From contig JBNKHE010000006.1 in assembly GCA_050290185.1 (NCBI GenBank), forward strand, positions 160,001 to 224,000: DNA of 64,000 nt, read 5' to 3'. Made by a program: the position numbers and the translations under genes. Below are positions 9,698 through 20,079 of the stretch, piece by piece. The stretch is from Pontiella sp. (GTDB taxonomy: Bacteria > Verrucomicrobiota > Kiritimatiellia > Kiritimatiellales > Pontiellaceae). Within the stretch, counting starts at the first letter, position 1, and each line of letters starts with the position of its first letter. The notes under the pieces are model-generated. The model did not search any database. It was not told where the DNA came from and saw nothing but the letters and a program-made list of their open reading frames with translations.

Positions 9698-12600
9698 TTA
9701 GTCCATCGTTTGAATATCGATTTCCGCGGCGCTGACCAGCGGCTTGCCGTTCTGCGAGGAAAGAGCCCGCAACCGCAGTGCGCTTCCGCCTACCGGTTTT
9801 TCAAACTCCACCGACTGCTGTCCAGCACCCGGCTTAAACGCTCCCCTGGCGGCTTCGGTCCAGTTCTCGCCATCGGCGCTGACTTCAACGACATAATTCC
9901 TGATCCGGCCGCTTTCCTTATCCTGCCGGGGCAGATAGGAAATGCCCGTGAGTATAACGGGCCGGTTGAGCTTGAGGGTGATCCACGCTTCGCTATCCTT
10001 GAAATCCGCGCTCCAGCAGGTCGACTTGTCGCCATCCTGCACGTTGACCGCCGGCGTCTGCTCGTTGCTGGCCATGATCTGCTCGATGAACTTATTGACG
10101 TACCCGATGGCTTCGTCCATCTCCTTGGTCGCGGATACCACGTTCTTGTACGGCCCGGTGTCTTCCAGTTCTACGGACAGCGGCGGGCCTTCATACAACA
10201 CCGCAATTTCCGCCAGCGCGGCGACGGTATCGTCGCCGAAACCGGAAAGCGCCCTGAGTTTGAGATGCGAAGCGGTCACCGTTTTGCCGAACGGAATCCG
10301 TTGCGGATCAAAGGTTGATTCCAGTTCGCCGGACGCAACCTTTGTCCATTGCCCGCCGTCATCGGATACGAGGATTTCATACTCCCGGATGTCGCCTTCG
10401 TGCGCGCGCTGGTCCTGCCGGTTCATGAGCACCAGTCCGGAAAACGGCCCGGCCTTGTCGAAAGCAACCGTCACTTCGTGGGGATGGCTTTCACTGAAGG
10501 CGGAAAGCCAGTATGAATTCGGATTGCCGTCGATCAGGTTTCCCGCGTCCCGCTTTTCCGTCCCGGAACTGGCCTCGGCCCTGGCGCCCAGCTTGCGCAT
10601 GATCAGATTGTCGAAATCGACCTGCCGCAGTTGATCGGGCGTGACGTTGACCGAGGGATTGAATTGCTCGCTCTGCATGTAGGTGAGCAGGCTGTTGCGC
10701 AGCTGCCGGGCGACGGGACGCTTGCTTAGATCCTTTTCCAGGCCCGGCGCACAGATCATCAGCTTGCCTGAACCGACACGGCATTCAACAACGGCGGCGA
10801 GCTTATAGTTCCGGTTCCAGTCGTCGATGACCTGTACGATCGGTTTCAGCTCACCGGGAAGGTGGTCCAAATTGATCGCGCGACAGTACGGATAGAATAT
10901 GTCACCCCATTGCCAGTCATAATGGAAGTCCGTCGCAAAGCCGGATAGAGCAGGATGTTTGGGGTCACATAAAATACCGAGGAAACGTTCCCACTTCGGC
11001 CCCATCAAGCGGCTCCAGAAAATGGGCAGGCGACCGATCGGCGGGCAATCCCAGCTAAGCTCATTGTAGCGGGGCATCCAAAGCACTTTGCTGCCGGCGT
11101 TCAACTTGTCGAGAGCTTCATCGAAGGAACGAGTCACAAAAACATCGCCATCGGACACCGCAATGTCTTTGGCTGGATAGACCCAGAACTCCCAATCATT
11201 CTCTGCCTCGATGTTTTCAATGCCGACGGTGAGCACATATTTTTTATTGGGCGCCAATTCAGACAGATCGACCGCCAGCTCGCCCAGCGAGGTTCCGTTG
11301 TCGATAGGAATATCCACGGCATCCAACTTGCCTGAAGCAACCACCCTTTCGTCAGCGGCAATGGTCCAAAATGGAACCGCGCCCGTCAGCGGTTCCATTC
11401 CGAAATGGGCAATCTCCAGCGGGATCTCCAGCGTTTCATCGGTGCGGTAAATATTCTTGGTCAGGCGCGCCAACGGCACGGTGACATTACAAAATCGACG
11501 AAACTGCACCGGCGTCACATAGCCCTTCGATTCCCAGAACACATTCAACAGGCCGACCAGCGCCGTGCCCTGCCCCGGATAGTCGTGCAGGTCGAGCAAC
11601 TGGAAGCCCCCCATGCCGGGCGTGCGCAACAGGGCTTCGATCTCCTGTTTGTAACATGCCAACTGGAATTTTCCACTGGCCATGAGGAAGTCGCCGGCCT
11701 GATCGAGCATGCCGTGCTCCTTGAGCGATTCGCGGAAGATTTCAAAATTTTTGGCCTTAAGGAACCCGGTGTATTCATCGATTTCCGAAAGATCGGGGAA
11801 GGCGCACCACTGGCCGGTCTCGTGGGAGATGACCGGATAGTTCACGCCGTCGAGCGACGCGGAAAAGTCGCGCCCATGCCACCCCTTATCGCCACGAAAG
11901 CGGTAGCTGCCGATGCGGATCGCATCGAGGAAGTCAATATCCGGAACCGGGCCGGGCTTTGTGCCGAAGTAGCGCCCGGTCTGGCTGGCATAAAGCCGGC
12001 GATTATCTTTTTCCTTCCAGCGGCGTGTCCAGTCGAGCAGCGGTTCCTGCCAACTGCCAGCCGGTTCGTTGCCGGTGGAGAACAACACGAAGGAAGGATG
12101 GTTCCCATAGGCATTGACCAGTTTCTCCGTTTCGCGCTCCAGCCATTCCAAAAGCTCATCTTTTTCCGCGCCGTACTGTCCCCAGTTCGAACATTCCGGC
12201 TGGAGATAGATGCCCAGTTCGTCGGCCGCAGTAAAGGCGGCCTCCGGCGGGCAGTAGGAATGAAAACGGACATGGTTCAGGCCGTAGGATTTGACAGTAT
12301 GGAAGATTTTCTTCCACGACGCGACATCCGTCGGCGGATAACCCGTCATCGGAAATGTGCATCCTTCGTGCGTACCCCGGAAAAATACCCGGTGACCGTT
12401 CATATAGAAACGGGCATCCTTGCTTTCGGGCTTCCGCAGCCCCACCTGAAAGGATTTTTCATCCGCCGCACTTGAGCCGGACAGCGTGAGCGTGAATGGA
12501 TAAAGCGCTGGCGTGAATTCGTTCCAGAGTTGAGCATCCTTCGGCAATGGCACCGTGATTTCGGCTTGTGCTCCGTCTTCCGTCCATGTGACCGGCTTTT

Positions 12601-13381
12601 CAACTCCTCCGACAGACAGCGTTCCGTTTCCGGGCTCGCCGGTTTCATTTCCAAGCTCCACCTTGAAGGTGGCGGTTTTGGCATCGATGTCCGTGAACAC
12701 CTTTGCGTCGGCAATATAGACAGGGGTTGTGGACTGCAGTTCAATGCGTCCAATAATCCCGTTCCAGTCCGTCTGCGTCGAATCGGTAATGCTGTGTGCA
12801 TCGGCACGGATCGTCTTGAGCATCCGGTTGTCGACCCGGATCGAAATCGTGTGCTTGCCGGGCTTCAGCATGCCAAGTTCGTAGATGTGCGGTGCCGACA
12901 GACAATCGTCGAAGCCGATCTTTTCGCCATCCAACCAAACCGTGGAGGACCAGTGGACGCGTTCGAGATAGAGCACGAAACGGCGGCCTGCCCAATCCTC
13001 CGGAATTTTAAACGACCGTGAATACCACGCCGTTCCCACATAGTGCCGTTCCGGTTGCAGCCAGTAGGGAATCTTGAAGTTGTCGGCAGTGGCATACTTT
13101 TTATACGGCGCGCGCAGATACCAGTATTTGTCGTAGAGCGTACCCAGCCAGGGCGTATTGGTCGAAGGCGGGTCGCCATAGCCCTGCTCCTGCAACGAGC
13201 CGGGCAGTTTGATCGAATCCGGTAACGCTTGATTGAACCACTGTTCCGCTACCCCGGCGTCGGCACGATCCAGCGCAAAGTTCCACCTACCCGATAGGTC
13301 GAGCTGATTCTGATCTGCGAGAGCAGCCAACGGGAACGCAATCAGAAATACTGCTACCAATCGCTCGTTTATCAACTTCAT
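9698..13381 (-). CDS. Secreted glycoside hydrolase family 2 with two C-terminal F5/8 (CBM32-like) domains
   Basis: Signal peptide; DLSGRWNF, WNGIIGRIEL, NHVRFHS, HPSFV...GNE (acid/base) and ISHE (nucleophile). Two discoidin-like repeats with DG...W and SxDG..W motifs. Confidence 0.88.
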   Translation of the reverse strand: MKLINERLVAVFLIAFPLAALADQNQLDLSGRWNFALDRADAGVAEQWFNQALPDSIKLPGSLQEQGYGDPPSTNTPWLGTLYDKYWYLRAPYKKYATADNFKIPYWLQPERHYVGTAWYSRSFKIPEDWAGRRFVLYLERVHWSSTVWLDGEKIGFDDCLSAPHIYELGMLKPGKHTISIRVDNRMLKTIRADAHSITDSTQTDWNGIIGRIELQSTTPVYIADAKVFTDIDAKTATFKVELGNETGEPGNGTLSVGGVEKPVTWTEDGAQAEITVPLPKDAQLWNEFTPALYPFTLTLSGSSAADEKSFQVGLRKPESKDARFYMNGHRVFFRGTHEGCTFPMTGYPPTDVASWKKIFHTVKSYGLNHVRFHSYCPPEAAFTAADELGIYLQPECSNWGQYGAEKDELLEWLERETEKLVNAYGNHPSFVLFSTGNEPAGSWQEPLLDWTRRWKEKDNRRLYASQTGRYFGTKPGPVPDIDFLDAIRIGSYRFRGDKGWHGRDFSASLDGVNYPVISHETGQWCAFPDLSEIDEYTGFLKAKNFEIFRESLKEHGMLDQAGDFLMASGKFQLACYKQEIEALLRTPGMGGFQLLDLHDYPGQGTALVGLLNVFWESKGYVTPVQFRRFCNVTVPLARLTKNIYRTDETLEIPLEIAHFGMEPLTGAVPFWTIAADERVVASGKLDAVDIPIDNGTSLGELAVDLSELAPNKKYVLTVGIENIEAENDWEFWVYPAKDIAVSDGDVFVTRSFDEALDKLNAGSKVLWMPRYNELSWDCPPIGRLPIFWSRLMGPKWERFLGILCDPKHPALSGFATDFHYDWQWGDIFYPYCRAINLDHLPGELKPIVQVIDDWNRNYKLAAVVECRVGSGKLMICAPGLEKDLSKRPVARQLRNSLLTYMQSEQFNPSVNVTPDQLRQVDFDNLIMRKLGARAEASSGTEKRDAGNLIDGNPNSYWLSAFSESHPHEVTVAFDKAGPFSGLVLMNRQDQRAHEGDIREYEILVSDDGGQWTKVASGELESTFDPQRIPFGKTVTASHLKLRALSGFGDDTVAALAEIAVLYEGPPLSVELEDTGPYKNVVSATKEMDEAIGYVNKFIEQIMASNEQTPAVNVQDGDKSTCWSADFKDSEAWITLKLNRPVILTGISYLPRQDKESGRIRNYVVEVSADGENWTEAARGAFKPGAGQQSVEFEKPVGGSALRLRALSSQNGKPLVSAAEIDIQTMD

Positions 13382-13394
13382 GAAATCTGCTCCA

Positions 13395-13580
13395 TCATTT
13401 ATAGTTCATGGCCCTTTTCCTATGCTGCAAGCCAGCCTCTTCATCAAAGACGAGCATTTGCGCTAGTGAAGTGGCAAAGTAATCGACTTTATAGTCCTTT
13501 TCCAGCCCGGCTTTTGCGAAGGCCTTCATGGATTTGAGCAGGGCGATAGTCTCGCCGGTGCGATCCAGCTCTGCCATAGC
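13395..13580 (-). pseudogene. Remnant of the C-terminal part of a DUF5107/TPR-type protein
   Basis: 60-aa ORF carrying KVDYFATSLAQMLVFDEE, recalled as the conserved DYFAxSLPxxLxFxxD tail motif of those large proteins. No upstream gene body. Confidence 0.5.
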
Positions 13581-13600
13581 GGCTTCACAGCAGAGCTATG

Positions 13601-13655
13601 AACCACGCCATACACGAAATAGATTCCAAGGACGGGTTTCGTGTATTCCGTGGCT
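13601..13655. repeat. Imperfect palindrome of the CCACGGAATACACGAAA type
   Basis: AACCACGCCATACACGAAA ... TTTCGTGTATTCCGTGGCT arms. Confidence 0.5.
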
Positions 13656-13746
13656 AAACCCCTTATGCCAGCGTGCTTTAAGCATAGGTTGCCCAGGAAC
13701 ACCACAAAGCATGATTCCCGGAGGGAAATAGTGCCGGAGGCACGGT

Positions 13747-14514
13747 TCAAATGGCAAGAATCTGGCTTCCATCCGAGTTGCCGGATGTGAGGTAGGGCTC
13801 GGTCCGGTACTCGCTCACTTCCCTGAGCTTAATGAGAACGTCGCCTATCGCTTCGGCATCCCGGATGCTCTCGTCGATTTCATCCATTTCCTCAACGGTC
13901 TGTACTTTTTCCCTCATCAGGTAAAGCCGCATACGCAACGCCGTGGCCGGTTGCCCCAGGTGGTGGCAGGCCGCACCGATACTTTGCAGCATGACCCGGT
14001 GCCGCTCGGCTTTCAATAATACATGCTGTTGCTGTTCAAGCGCTTTTCGCAATCCGGATTCAATCTGCAATCTCGCCTCGATCGTGTTCATCCTCGTCTC
14101 GATGCCCTTTAGAATCATATTTAACCCATCTTCAATACACTGCAGATCATCGCTCATGCCGGACTGGTCCAGATGTATATTTTCCGGCAACGTTCCGGCT
14201 GCAATTTCTGCGACATAATGACGGAGTTTTATGATGTTGTTTGCATATTTGCGAAGAATGAGGTAGCCCGAAACCGCCACAACAGCCGTACACATCACGA
14301 TGACGAGCACGGCAACAGACGGCAACGACCGATTGCCCTCAACCGCCACAATTCCGCCGATATAAAAACAGACCAGTGCCGGGATGATCGCCAGCAAGAC
14401 GACGGCAATCTTGGCCTGACCATCCACGCTTTGCATATTCAGCGGCGCGCGCCAGCGAACGGTACGTTCTCCGGCTCGTTTGCCATGTTCCTCACATGCT
14501 TTATGCCCAGTCAT
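13747..14514 (-). CDS. Membrane protein with 2 TM, HAMP-like linker and HisKA-like helix; no HATPase domain
   Basis: Two hydrophobic segments, coiled coil, and H-box-like AERHRVMLQSIGAACHHLGQP; ORF ends about 70 aa later. Confidence 0.6.
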   Translation of the reverse strand: MTGHKACEEHGKRAGERTVRWRAPLNMQSVDGQAKIAVVLLAIIPALVCFYIGGIVAVEGNRSLPSVAVLVIVMCTAVVAVSGYLILRKYANNIIKLRHYVAEIAAGTLPENIHLDQSGMSDDLQCIEDGLNMILKGIETRMNTIEARLQIESGLRKALEQQQHVLLKAERHRVMLQSIGAACHHLGQPATALRMRLYLMREKVQTVEEMDEIDESIRDAEAIGDVLIKLREVSEYRTEPYLTSGNSDGSQILAI

Positions 14515-14696
14515 TCTTTATATTCTCTCCCGTAACTATATTCGCAATATTCATGCCACCCCACTTGCTGAGACGTTGTATAGATTATTTCTCAAAATGC
14601 GCCAAACGGAGCCTCCCGGAACAGCCAGAGAACCCTCGAATTATTAAGGTCCAATCCTGCTTGTTTCGCCCTGCCGGCAAAACTAGGCTGGGTGCG

Positions 14697-15821
14697 ATGA
14701 ATATCGGTTTTTCAACGTTTGTATTGCAAGGGGGGTGTTCCGGGTTGTCGACCTATGTCCTCAACCTGTTACGTGCCCTTCAGCTGGAGGACATGGAAAA
14801 CCGCTACCGCCTCTTGATGGCACGGAATGACGCCGACCTTGTTCCCGTGACCAACAGGAACTTCACCAAAGTACTGAAGCCGGCGTTTATCAACCATCCG
14901 CTGGTCAACATCGCGTGGCACAACATGGTTCTTCCGGGCATGGAAAAGCAGCTCGACGTGCTGCATATCCCCAGCGCACGGCGCATTCCGGTGATTAAAC
15001 GTACCAAGGTGATTGCCACAGTGCATGATCTGGCGACATTTTCCGTGGAAGCCAAATACGACCCTGCCCGCATGTTTTTCAACCGCAAGATGGTTCCGGC
15101 CATGATTCGCCGGGCCGATCATGTTATTGCCGTGAGTGAGTTTACGAAGAATGACCTTGTGCGGTATGCGGGCTATCCCGAAGAACGCATCTCGGTCATC
15201 TATTCCGGAATAAACCACGATATGTTCAGCCCGATCGCCAAGGAGGAGGCGTGCGACCGGCTCCAGATGATGCATGGTCTGGACAACCCCATTTTCGTTT
15301 ATGTTTCGCGACTGGAACATCCAGGAAAGAACCATATCCGGCTGATCGAAGCCTTCGAGCGCTTCAAGCTTGAAAACGACAGTGCGCACCAGCTGGTTCT
15401 GGCGGGGGCGGACTGGACCGGCGCCGACATCATCCGTGCGCGCGCCGCGGAAAGCCCGGTGAAGGACGACATCCGCTTCCTGGGCTTCGTGCCAGGGAAG
15501 TCGCTACCCCTGCTGTACAGCGGTTGCGACCTGATGGTGTTCCCGTCGCTGTTCGAAGGCTTTGGATTTCCCATTGTCGAGGCACTGGCATGCGGCGCGC
15601 CGGTAATCTGCTCGAACACCTCCTCCATGCAGGAGCTGGCCACCCATCTGATTCCCACGTTTGACCCGACTGACAGCACGGCTATTTTTCAATGTATGGA
15701 ATCCGTCATATCCTCGGGACCGAATGAGGAGCGCCGGCGAGGCGGCATGGAATATGCATCCCGCTTTGATTGGCGGAAAACCGCCCACCGTGTTATAGAG
15801 CTATACCGGTCGCTGGGATGA
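14697..15821 (+). CDS. GT4 family glycosyltransferase
   Basis: TVHDL, IAVSEFTK, KNHIRLIEAF and VFPSLFEGFGFPIVEALACGAPVICSN. Start placed at MNIGF (14697). Confidence 0.92.
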   Translation: MNIGFSTFVLQGGCSGLSTYVLNLLRALQLEDMENRYRLLMARNDADLVPVTNRNFTKVLKPAFINHPLVNIAWHNMVLPGMEKQLDVLHIPSARRIPVIKRTKVIATVHDLATFSVEAKYDPARMFFNRKMVPAMIRRADHVIAVSEFTKNDLVRYAGYPEERISVIYSGINHDMFSPIAKEEACDRLQMMHGLDNPIFVYVSRLEHPGKNHIRLIEAFERFKLENDSAHQLVLAGADWTGADIIRARAAESPVKDDIRFLGFVPGKSLPLLYSGCDLMVFPSLFEGFGFPIVEALACGAPVICSNTSSMQELATHLIPTFDPTDSTAIFQCMESVISSGPNEERRRGGMEYASRFDWRKTAHRVIELYRSLG

Positions 15822-15833
15822 CCATTTTATCGA

Positions 15834-18800
15834 ATGAAGCGGGGAACCAAAATACTCTTATGGATCATCGCGGTGGCAATTCTTGCCATCGGCGCATTGT
15901 TGCCGTTTGTCATGACCGACCAATCCCTGTCGCGGAGAACGGAACATTCCCGGGAGTTTTCACCTCAAGAGCTTGCCCTGCTCGAAAAACTGTCCAGCCC
16001 CACCAATCAGATCCGCATCGGAAATATTCCCGATACGCCGCCGATTGATTTCGCCGACGGAAGATCCGAGCGCAAGGGGCTCACCTGGGACTATGTCCAA
16101 CTGCTCGAAAACAAACTGGGGCTTCAGTTTGTCCGGGTCGAATGCGACAACTGGGAAAAAGCGCTGCTCGAACATAAAGTCGATCTTGTCGGATCCATTC
16201 AAAAAACCCCGGAACGGGCGGCCAAGTACAACTTTTCCCAGCCGTACTGGACGATCAAAATGTTCATTCTGGCCCGCAAGGACAGCTCCCAGGCGCTCAC
16301 CCTCGACCACATGGCCGGCAAGAAAATCGCCGTGGTCAACGGTACGGCAATTCACAACGAACTGAAGAAAAAGCAGGCGGAAAATCCAAAGAAATACGGG
16401 TATGTGCTGGTCCCGGTGAGCAATGCACAAGCAGGCATGCGGCGGCTGGGTTCCGGCAAAGCCGATGCCATGGTGACCGATGGGGCGGTATCCCGATACT
16501 ATATGCCCTCGCTCGGTGTCGACCTCCGGGTGGCCGGAGAAGTCGACTATGCGTGGAACCTGAGTTTTGCATCCAGCACAAACAGCCCGCTGCCAACCGA
16601 GCTGCTGAATACGGCGCTGGGTATGATGACGGAGCAGGAAAGGCGTGCGATCGAAAAGCAGTGGCCAACCCTGCTGAGCACGGTCGAGGTGGAGAAAACC
16701 CTTCTGCTTAAAATCATCGGCGCCAGCCTGATCCTCACCCTGCTGGCTATCGGAGCCGTTGTGCTCTGGAACCGAACGCTACGGAAACAGATCACCAACC
16801 ATATGCGCGAACTGGGCCAGGTCCGCATGAGCCATGACCAGGCCACACGTGCCCTTGACGTAAGCGAGGAGCGGTTCCGGGTGCTGGTCGAATCTTCGAA
16901 TGATATCATTTGGGAGATGGACCTTTATGGCAGCTATACCTATATCAGCCCCCGCGTTCGCACCATTCTGGGCTATACCCCGGACGAGCTGATAGGCAGG
17001 AGCTCGGTATCGCTGATGATTCCAACCGACTCCGCAAGGAAAATGGAGCAGCTGCGCCAGCGCACGGTGAACAGCATCATCGATTGCGAAATCAACACCT
17101 ACCTGCACAAGGATGGACGCAAGGTCATCCTTGAATCCAGCGGCATGGCCTATGCCGACAACACGGGGGAGCTGGCCGGCTTCCGGGGGGTCTCCCGCGA
17201 CATCACCGAACGGATCACGAATGAAAACGCCTTGCGGCACAGCGAGGAACGGTTCCGGAATCTGGTTGAAACCACCACAGACTGGATCTGGGAAGTCAAT
17301 ACGGACGGGTTCTTTACCTATTTAAGTCCCCAGTCGTCCGAGTTGCTCGGGTATGAGCCGGACGAGCTCATGGAAAAACACTTCACGGCGCTCATGCCCG
17401 ATCATGAGGCCGACCGGCTAAAGCTTCTCTTCGAAAAAATCAGTGAATCCGGCAAGCCCATCCACTCCATGGTCAATACCAACCTCCACCGGGACTCCCG
17501 AGTGGTCGTGCTGGAAACCAGCGCCGTCCCTTTTTATGACAAGGAGTGGAACATCCAGGGCTATCGGGGCATCAGCCGCGATATCACCAAGCGCGTGGCC
17601 ACTGAAAAGCAGCTTGAATTTGAACGGAACCTGTTCCGTACCTTCATGGAGCATGCGCCCGACCTGATTTACTTCAAGGATGCGGAAGGGCGGTTTATCG
17701 AAGTCAATACCGCCAAGGCCGAAGAACTTCGACGGCCCGTCGAATCCATCATCGGCAAGACGGACTTCGATTTTTTCCCCCCCGAGCAGGCCCAGCAGAA
17801 ATTCGACGACGAAACCACCGTGATGCAAACGCGTCAACCGCTTCAGAAAGAGGAAATGGCCACAACACCGGACGGGGACCGCTGGTACCTGACCACCAAG
17901 GTTCCGCGCTACGACGAAGACGGCAACGTGGTCGGAACGTTCGGAACCTCGTGGAACATCACCTACCGCAAGCAGGCCGAAGAGCAACTGCGTCAACTGC
18001 GTGCGCTCCTGAGCAACACCATCGACTCCATGCCTTCGATCCTGGTCGGCGTCGATGCAACGGGCCGGGTAATCCAGTGGAACCGCAAGGCCGAATCCGC
18101 AACCGGTCTGCCGGCATCCACGGCGCTGGGACTCCACCTGCGCAATGCCTTCCCCAATCTGGCCAAGGAAATGGTCAAGGTGGAGCGGGCCATTCGCGAG
18201 CGCATACCCCAGCTCGATGAACGCATCCGTGTCGAAACGGATCAGCGTATCCGCTACCACGACATCACCGTTTTCCCGCTGGAAGGCGATACCGAGGGTG
18301 CGGTTATTCGCGTGGATGATGTTACCGAACGGGTGATCATCGAAGACAGCATCAGGAATATTGTCGAAGGGGTGGCCGTGGTCGGCCGACGCTTCTTCGG
18401 GTCCATGGTCGCCCAGTTGAGCAAGACCCTGGACGCCGACTTCACCTACATCAGCGAATTCGCAGATGACGGCCCAAACATGATGCGCACCATTGCGGTT
18501 TCCGATCATGGCGTGACTGGCCCGAACTTCGAGTATGACCTTACGGCGACCCCGTGCAGCCACGTACTGACTCAAAACCAGTGCACCTATGTGTCCAATG
18601 TACGCGAAGCGTACCCCGGGACCGAACTGCTGCAATCCAGGAACATCGAGAGTTATATCGGCATTCCGCTTGTCGATTCAGAAAACAAAGCGCTGGGCAT
18701 CATGGTGGCCATGTACCGCGAGCCGGTCGAGGACATCGAGTTCGCTTCCGCCATCATGCAGGTTTTTGCAGGCCGCACCGCCGCCGAACTGGAACGCCTG

Positions 18801-19994
18801 CAGGCAACCAAGGAACTGATCTCGCTGCAAAACCTCCTCGAAAACATCATCAACTCCATGCCATCCATCCTGATCGGGATCGATGCAGAAGGCCATGTGA
18901 TGCAGTGGAACCACGAAGCCGAACAGATCAGCGGAATCGAGGCGGTTCACGCCCATGGACAGCCCCTTGAGCGTGTCTTGCCGGATCTGGACATCGATCT
19001 GGACCGACTGATAAAAACCCTGCTTGAAAAAGGGCCCCAGCACCATGAACGCATCCCATGTACCATCCGGGGTGACGAGCGAATCGTTGATGTCACGGTC
19101 TATCCGATCACGACGGACGGCTCCGACGGCGCGGTGATCCGCCTGGACGATGTAACCGACCGGGTGCGCATTGAGGATATGATGGTGCAATCGGAAAAAA
19201 TGATGTCGGTTGGAGGGCTGGCGGCAGGCATGGCACATGAGATCAACAACCCGCTGGCGGGCATCCTGCAGAACATGCAGGTCATCCGGAACCGCGTGAT
19301 GCACAACTCCAAACGCAATATCGAAGCCGCGAGTGAAGCCGGGACCACCATGGAATCCATTCAGGCCTACATGGAAAAACGCGGATTGATCCAGATGTTC
19401 GACTCCACCGCCGAAGCCGGCCTGCGCGCCGCAAAGATTGTCGACAACATGCTCAGCTTCAGCCGCAAGGATGAATCCCATTTCGCACCGCATAATCTTG
19501 AGAACATCATCGAACGCAGTATTGAACTGGCCTCGAACGACTACAACCTGAAGAAACGCTTTGACTTCCGCCACATACAGATTGTCCGCGACATCGACCA
19601 GCTTGAGCCCATCCCCTGCGAGGCCAGCCAGATACAACAGGTACTACTGAACCTGCTGTCCAACAGTGCCCAGGCCATGGCCGAGCAGGAAGAAAGAAAA
19701 ACCGGGCCGAAAATCACCATCCGGCTCAAAAGCGAACCGGACATGGCGCTGATCGAGATAGAGGACAATGGCCCCGGCATGGATGCGGAAACCCGCAAAC
19801 GCGCCTTCGAACCCTTTTTCACCACCAAGGAGGTAGGTCATGGAACAGGCCTGGGGCTCTCCGTCTCCTTCTTCATAGTCACCGAAAACCACGGGGGCAC
19901 GATGCATCTGGATTCCGCTCCCGGACGCGGCACACGCTTCAGCATCCGCATCCCCTACGAACACCGGACCGCCCGCTGGGGCCTGCGCCTGTAA
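15834..19994 (+). CDS. Sensor histidine kinase: periplasmic solute-binding domain, multiple PAS, GAF, HisKA, HATPase
   Basis: TM-flanked PBPb-like domain, repeated SEERFR..V...DIT PAS units, AHEINNPL H-box, and NLLSN, DNGPG, FFTTK, GTGLGL boxes. Confidence 0.92.
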   Translation: MKRGTKILLWIIAVAILAIGALLPFVMTDQSLSRRTEHSREFSPQELALLEKLSSPTNQIRIGNIPDTPPIDFADGRSERKGLTWDYVQLLENKLGLQFVRVECDNWEKALLEHKVDLVGSIQKTPERAAKYNFSQPYWTIKMFILARKDSSQALTLDHMAGKKIAVVNGTAIHNELKKKQAENPKKYGYVLVPVSNAQAGMRRLGSGKADAMVTDGAVSRYYMPSLGVDLRVAGEVDYAWNLSFASSTNSPLPTELLNTALGMMTEQERRAIEKQWPTLLSTVEVEKTLLLKIIGASLILTLLAIGAVVLWNRTLRKQITNHMRELGQVRMSHDQATRALDVSEERFRVLVESSNDIIWEMDLYGSYTYISPRVRTILGYTPDELIGRSSVSLMIPTDSARKMEQLRQRTVNSIIDCEINTYLHKDGRKVILESSGMAYADNTGELAGFRGVSRDITERITNENALRHSEERFRNLVETTTDWIWEVNTDGFFTYLSPQSSELLGYEPDELMEKHFTALMPDHEADRLKLLFEKISESGKPIHSMVNTNLHRDSRVVVLETSAVPFYDKEWNIQGYRGISRDITKRVATEKQLEFERNLFRTFMEHAPDLIYFKDAEGRFIEVNTAKAEELRRPVESIIGKTDFDFFPPEQAQQKFDDETTVMQTRQPLQKEEMATTPDGDRWYLTTKVPRYDEDGNVVGTFGTSWNITYRKQAEEQLRQLRALLSNTIDSMPSILVGVDATGRVIQWNRKAESATGLPASTALGLHLRNAFPNLAKEMVKVERAIRERIPQLDERIRVETDQRIRYHDITVFPLEGDTEGAVIRVDDVTERVIIEDSIRNIVEGVAVVGRRFFGSMVAQLSKTLDADFTYISEFADDGPNMMRTIAVSDHGVTGPNFEYDLTATPCSHVLTQNQCTYVSNVREAYPGTELLQSRNIESYIGIPLVDSENKALGIMVAMYREPVEDIEFASAIMQVFAGRTAAELERLQATKELISLQNLLENIINSMPSILIGIDAEGHVMQWNHEAEQISGIEAVHAHGQPLERVLPDLDIDLDRLIKTLLEKGPQHHERIPCTIRGDERIVDVTVYPITTDGSDGAVIRLDDVTDRVRIEDMMVQSEKMMSVGGLAAGMAHEINNPLAGILQNMQVIRNRVMHNSKRNIEAASEAGTTMESIQAYMEKRGLIQMFDSTAEAGLRAAKIVDNMLSFSRKDESHFAPHNLENIIERSIELASNDYNLKKRFDFRHIQIVRDIDQLEPIPCEASQIQQVLLNLLSNSAQAMAEQEERKTGPKITIRLKSEPDMALIEIEDNGPGMDAETRKRAFEPFFTTKEVGHGTGLGLSVSFFIVTENHGGTMHLDSAPGRGTRFSIRIPYEHRTARWGLRL

Positions 19995-20079
19995 AGCCCT
20001 CCGGACCATCCACTGTATGATCCAAGCCCAACGGGTTTTAGATTTCCGGCCGGTCTTCAGAGCATATCGTATTCCACTC

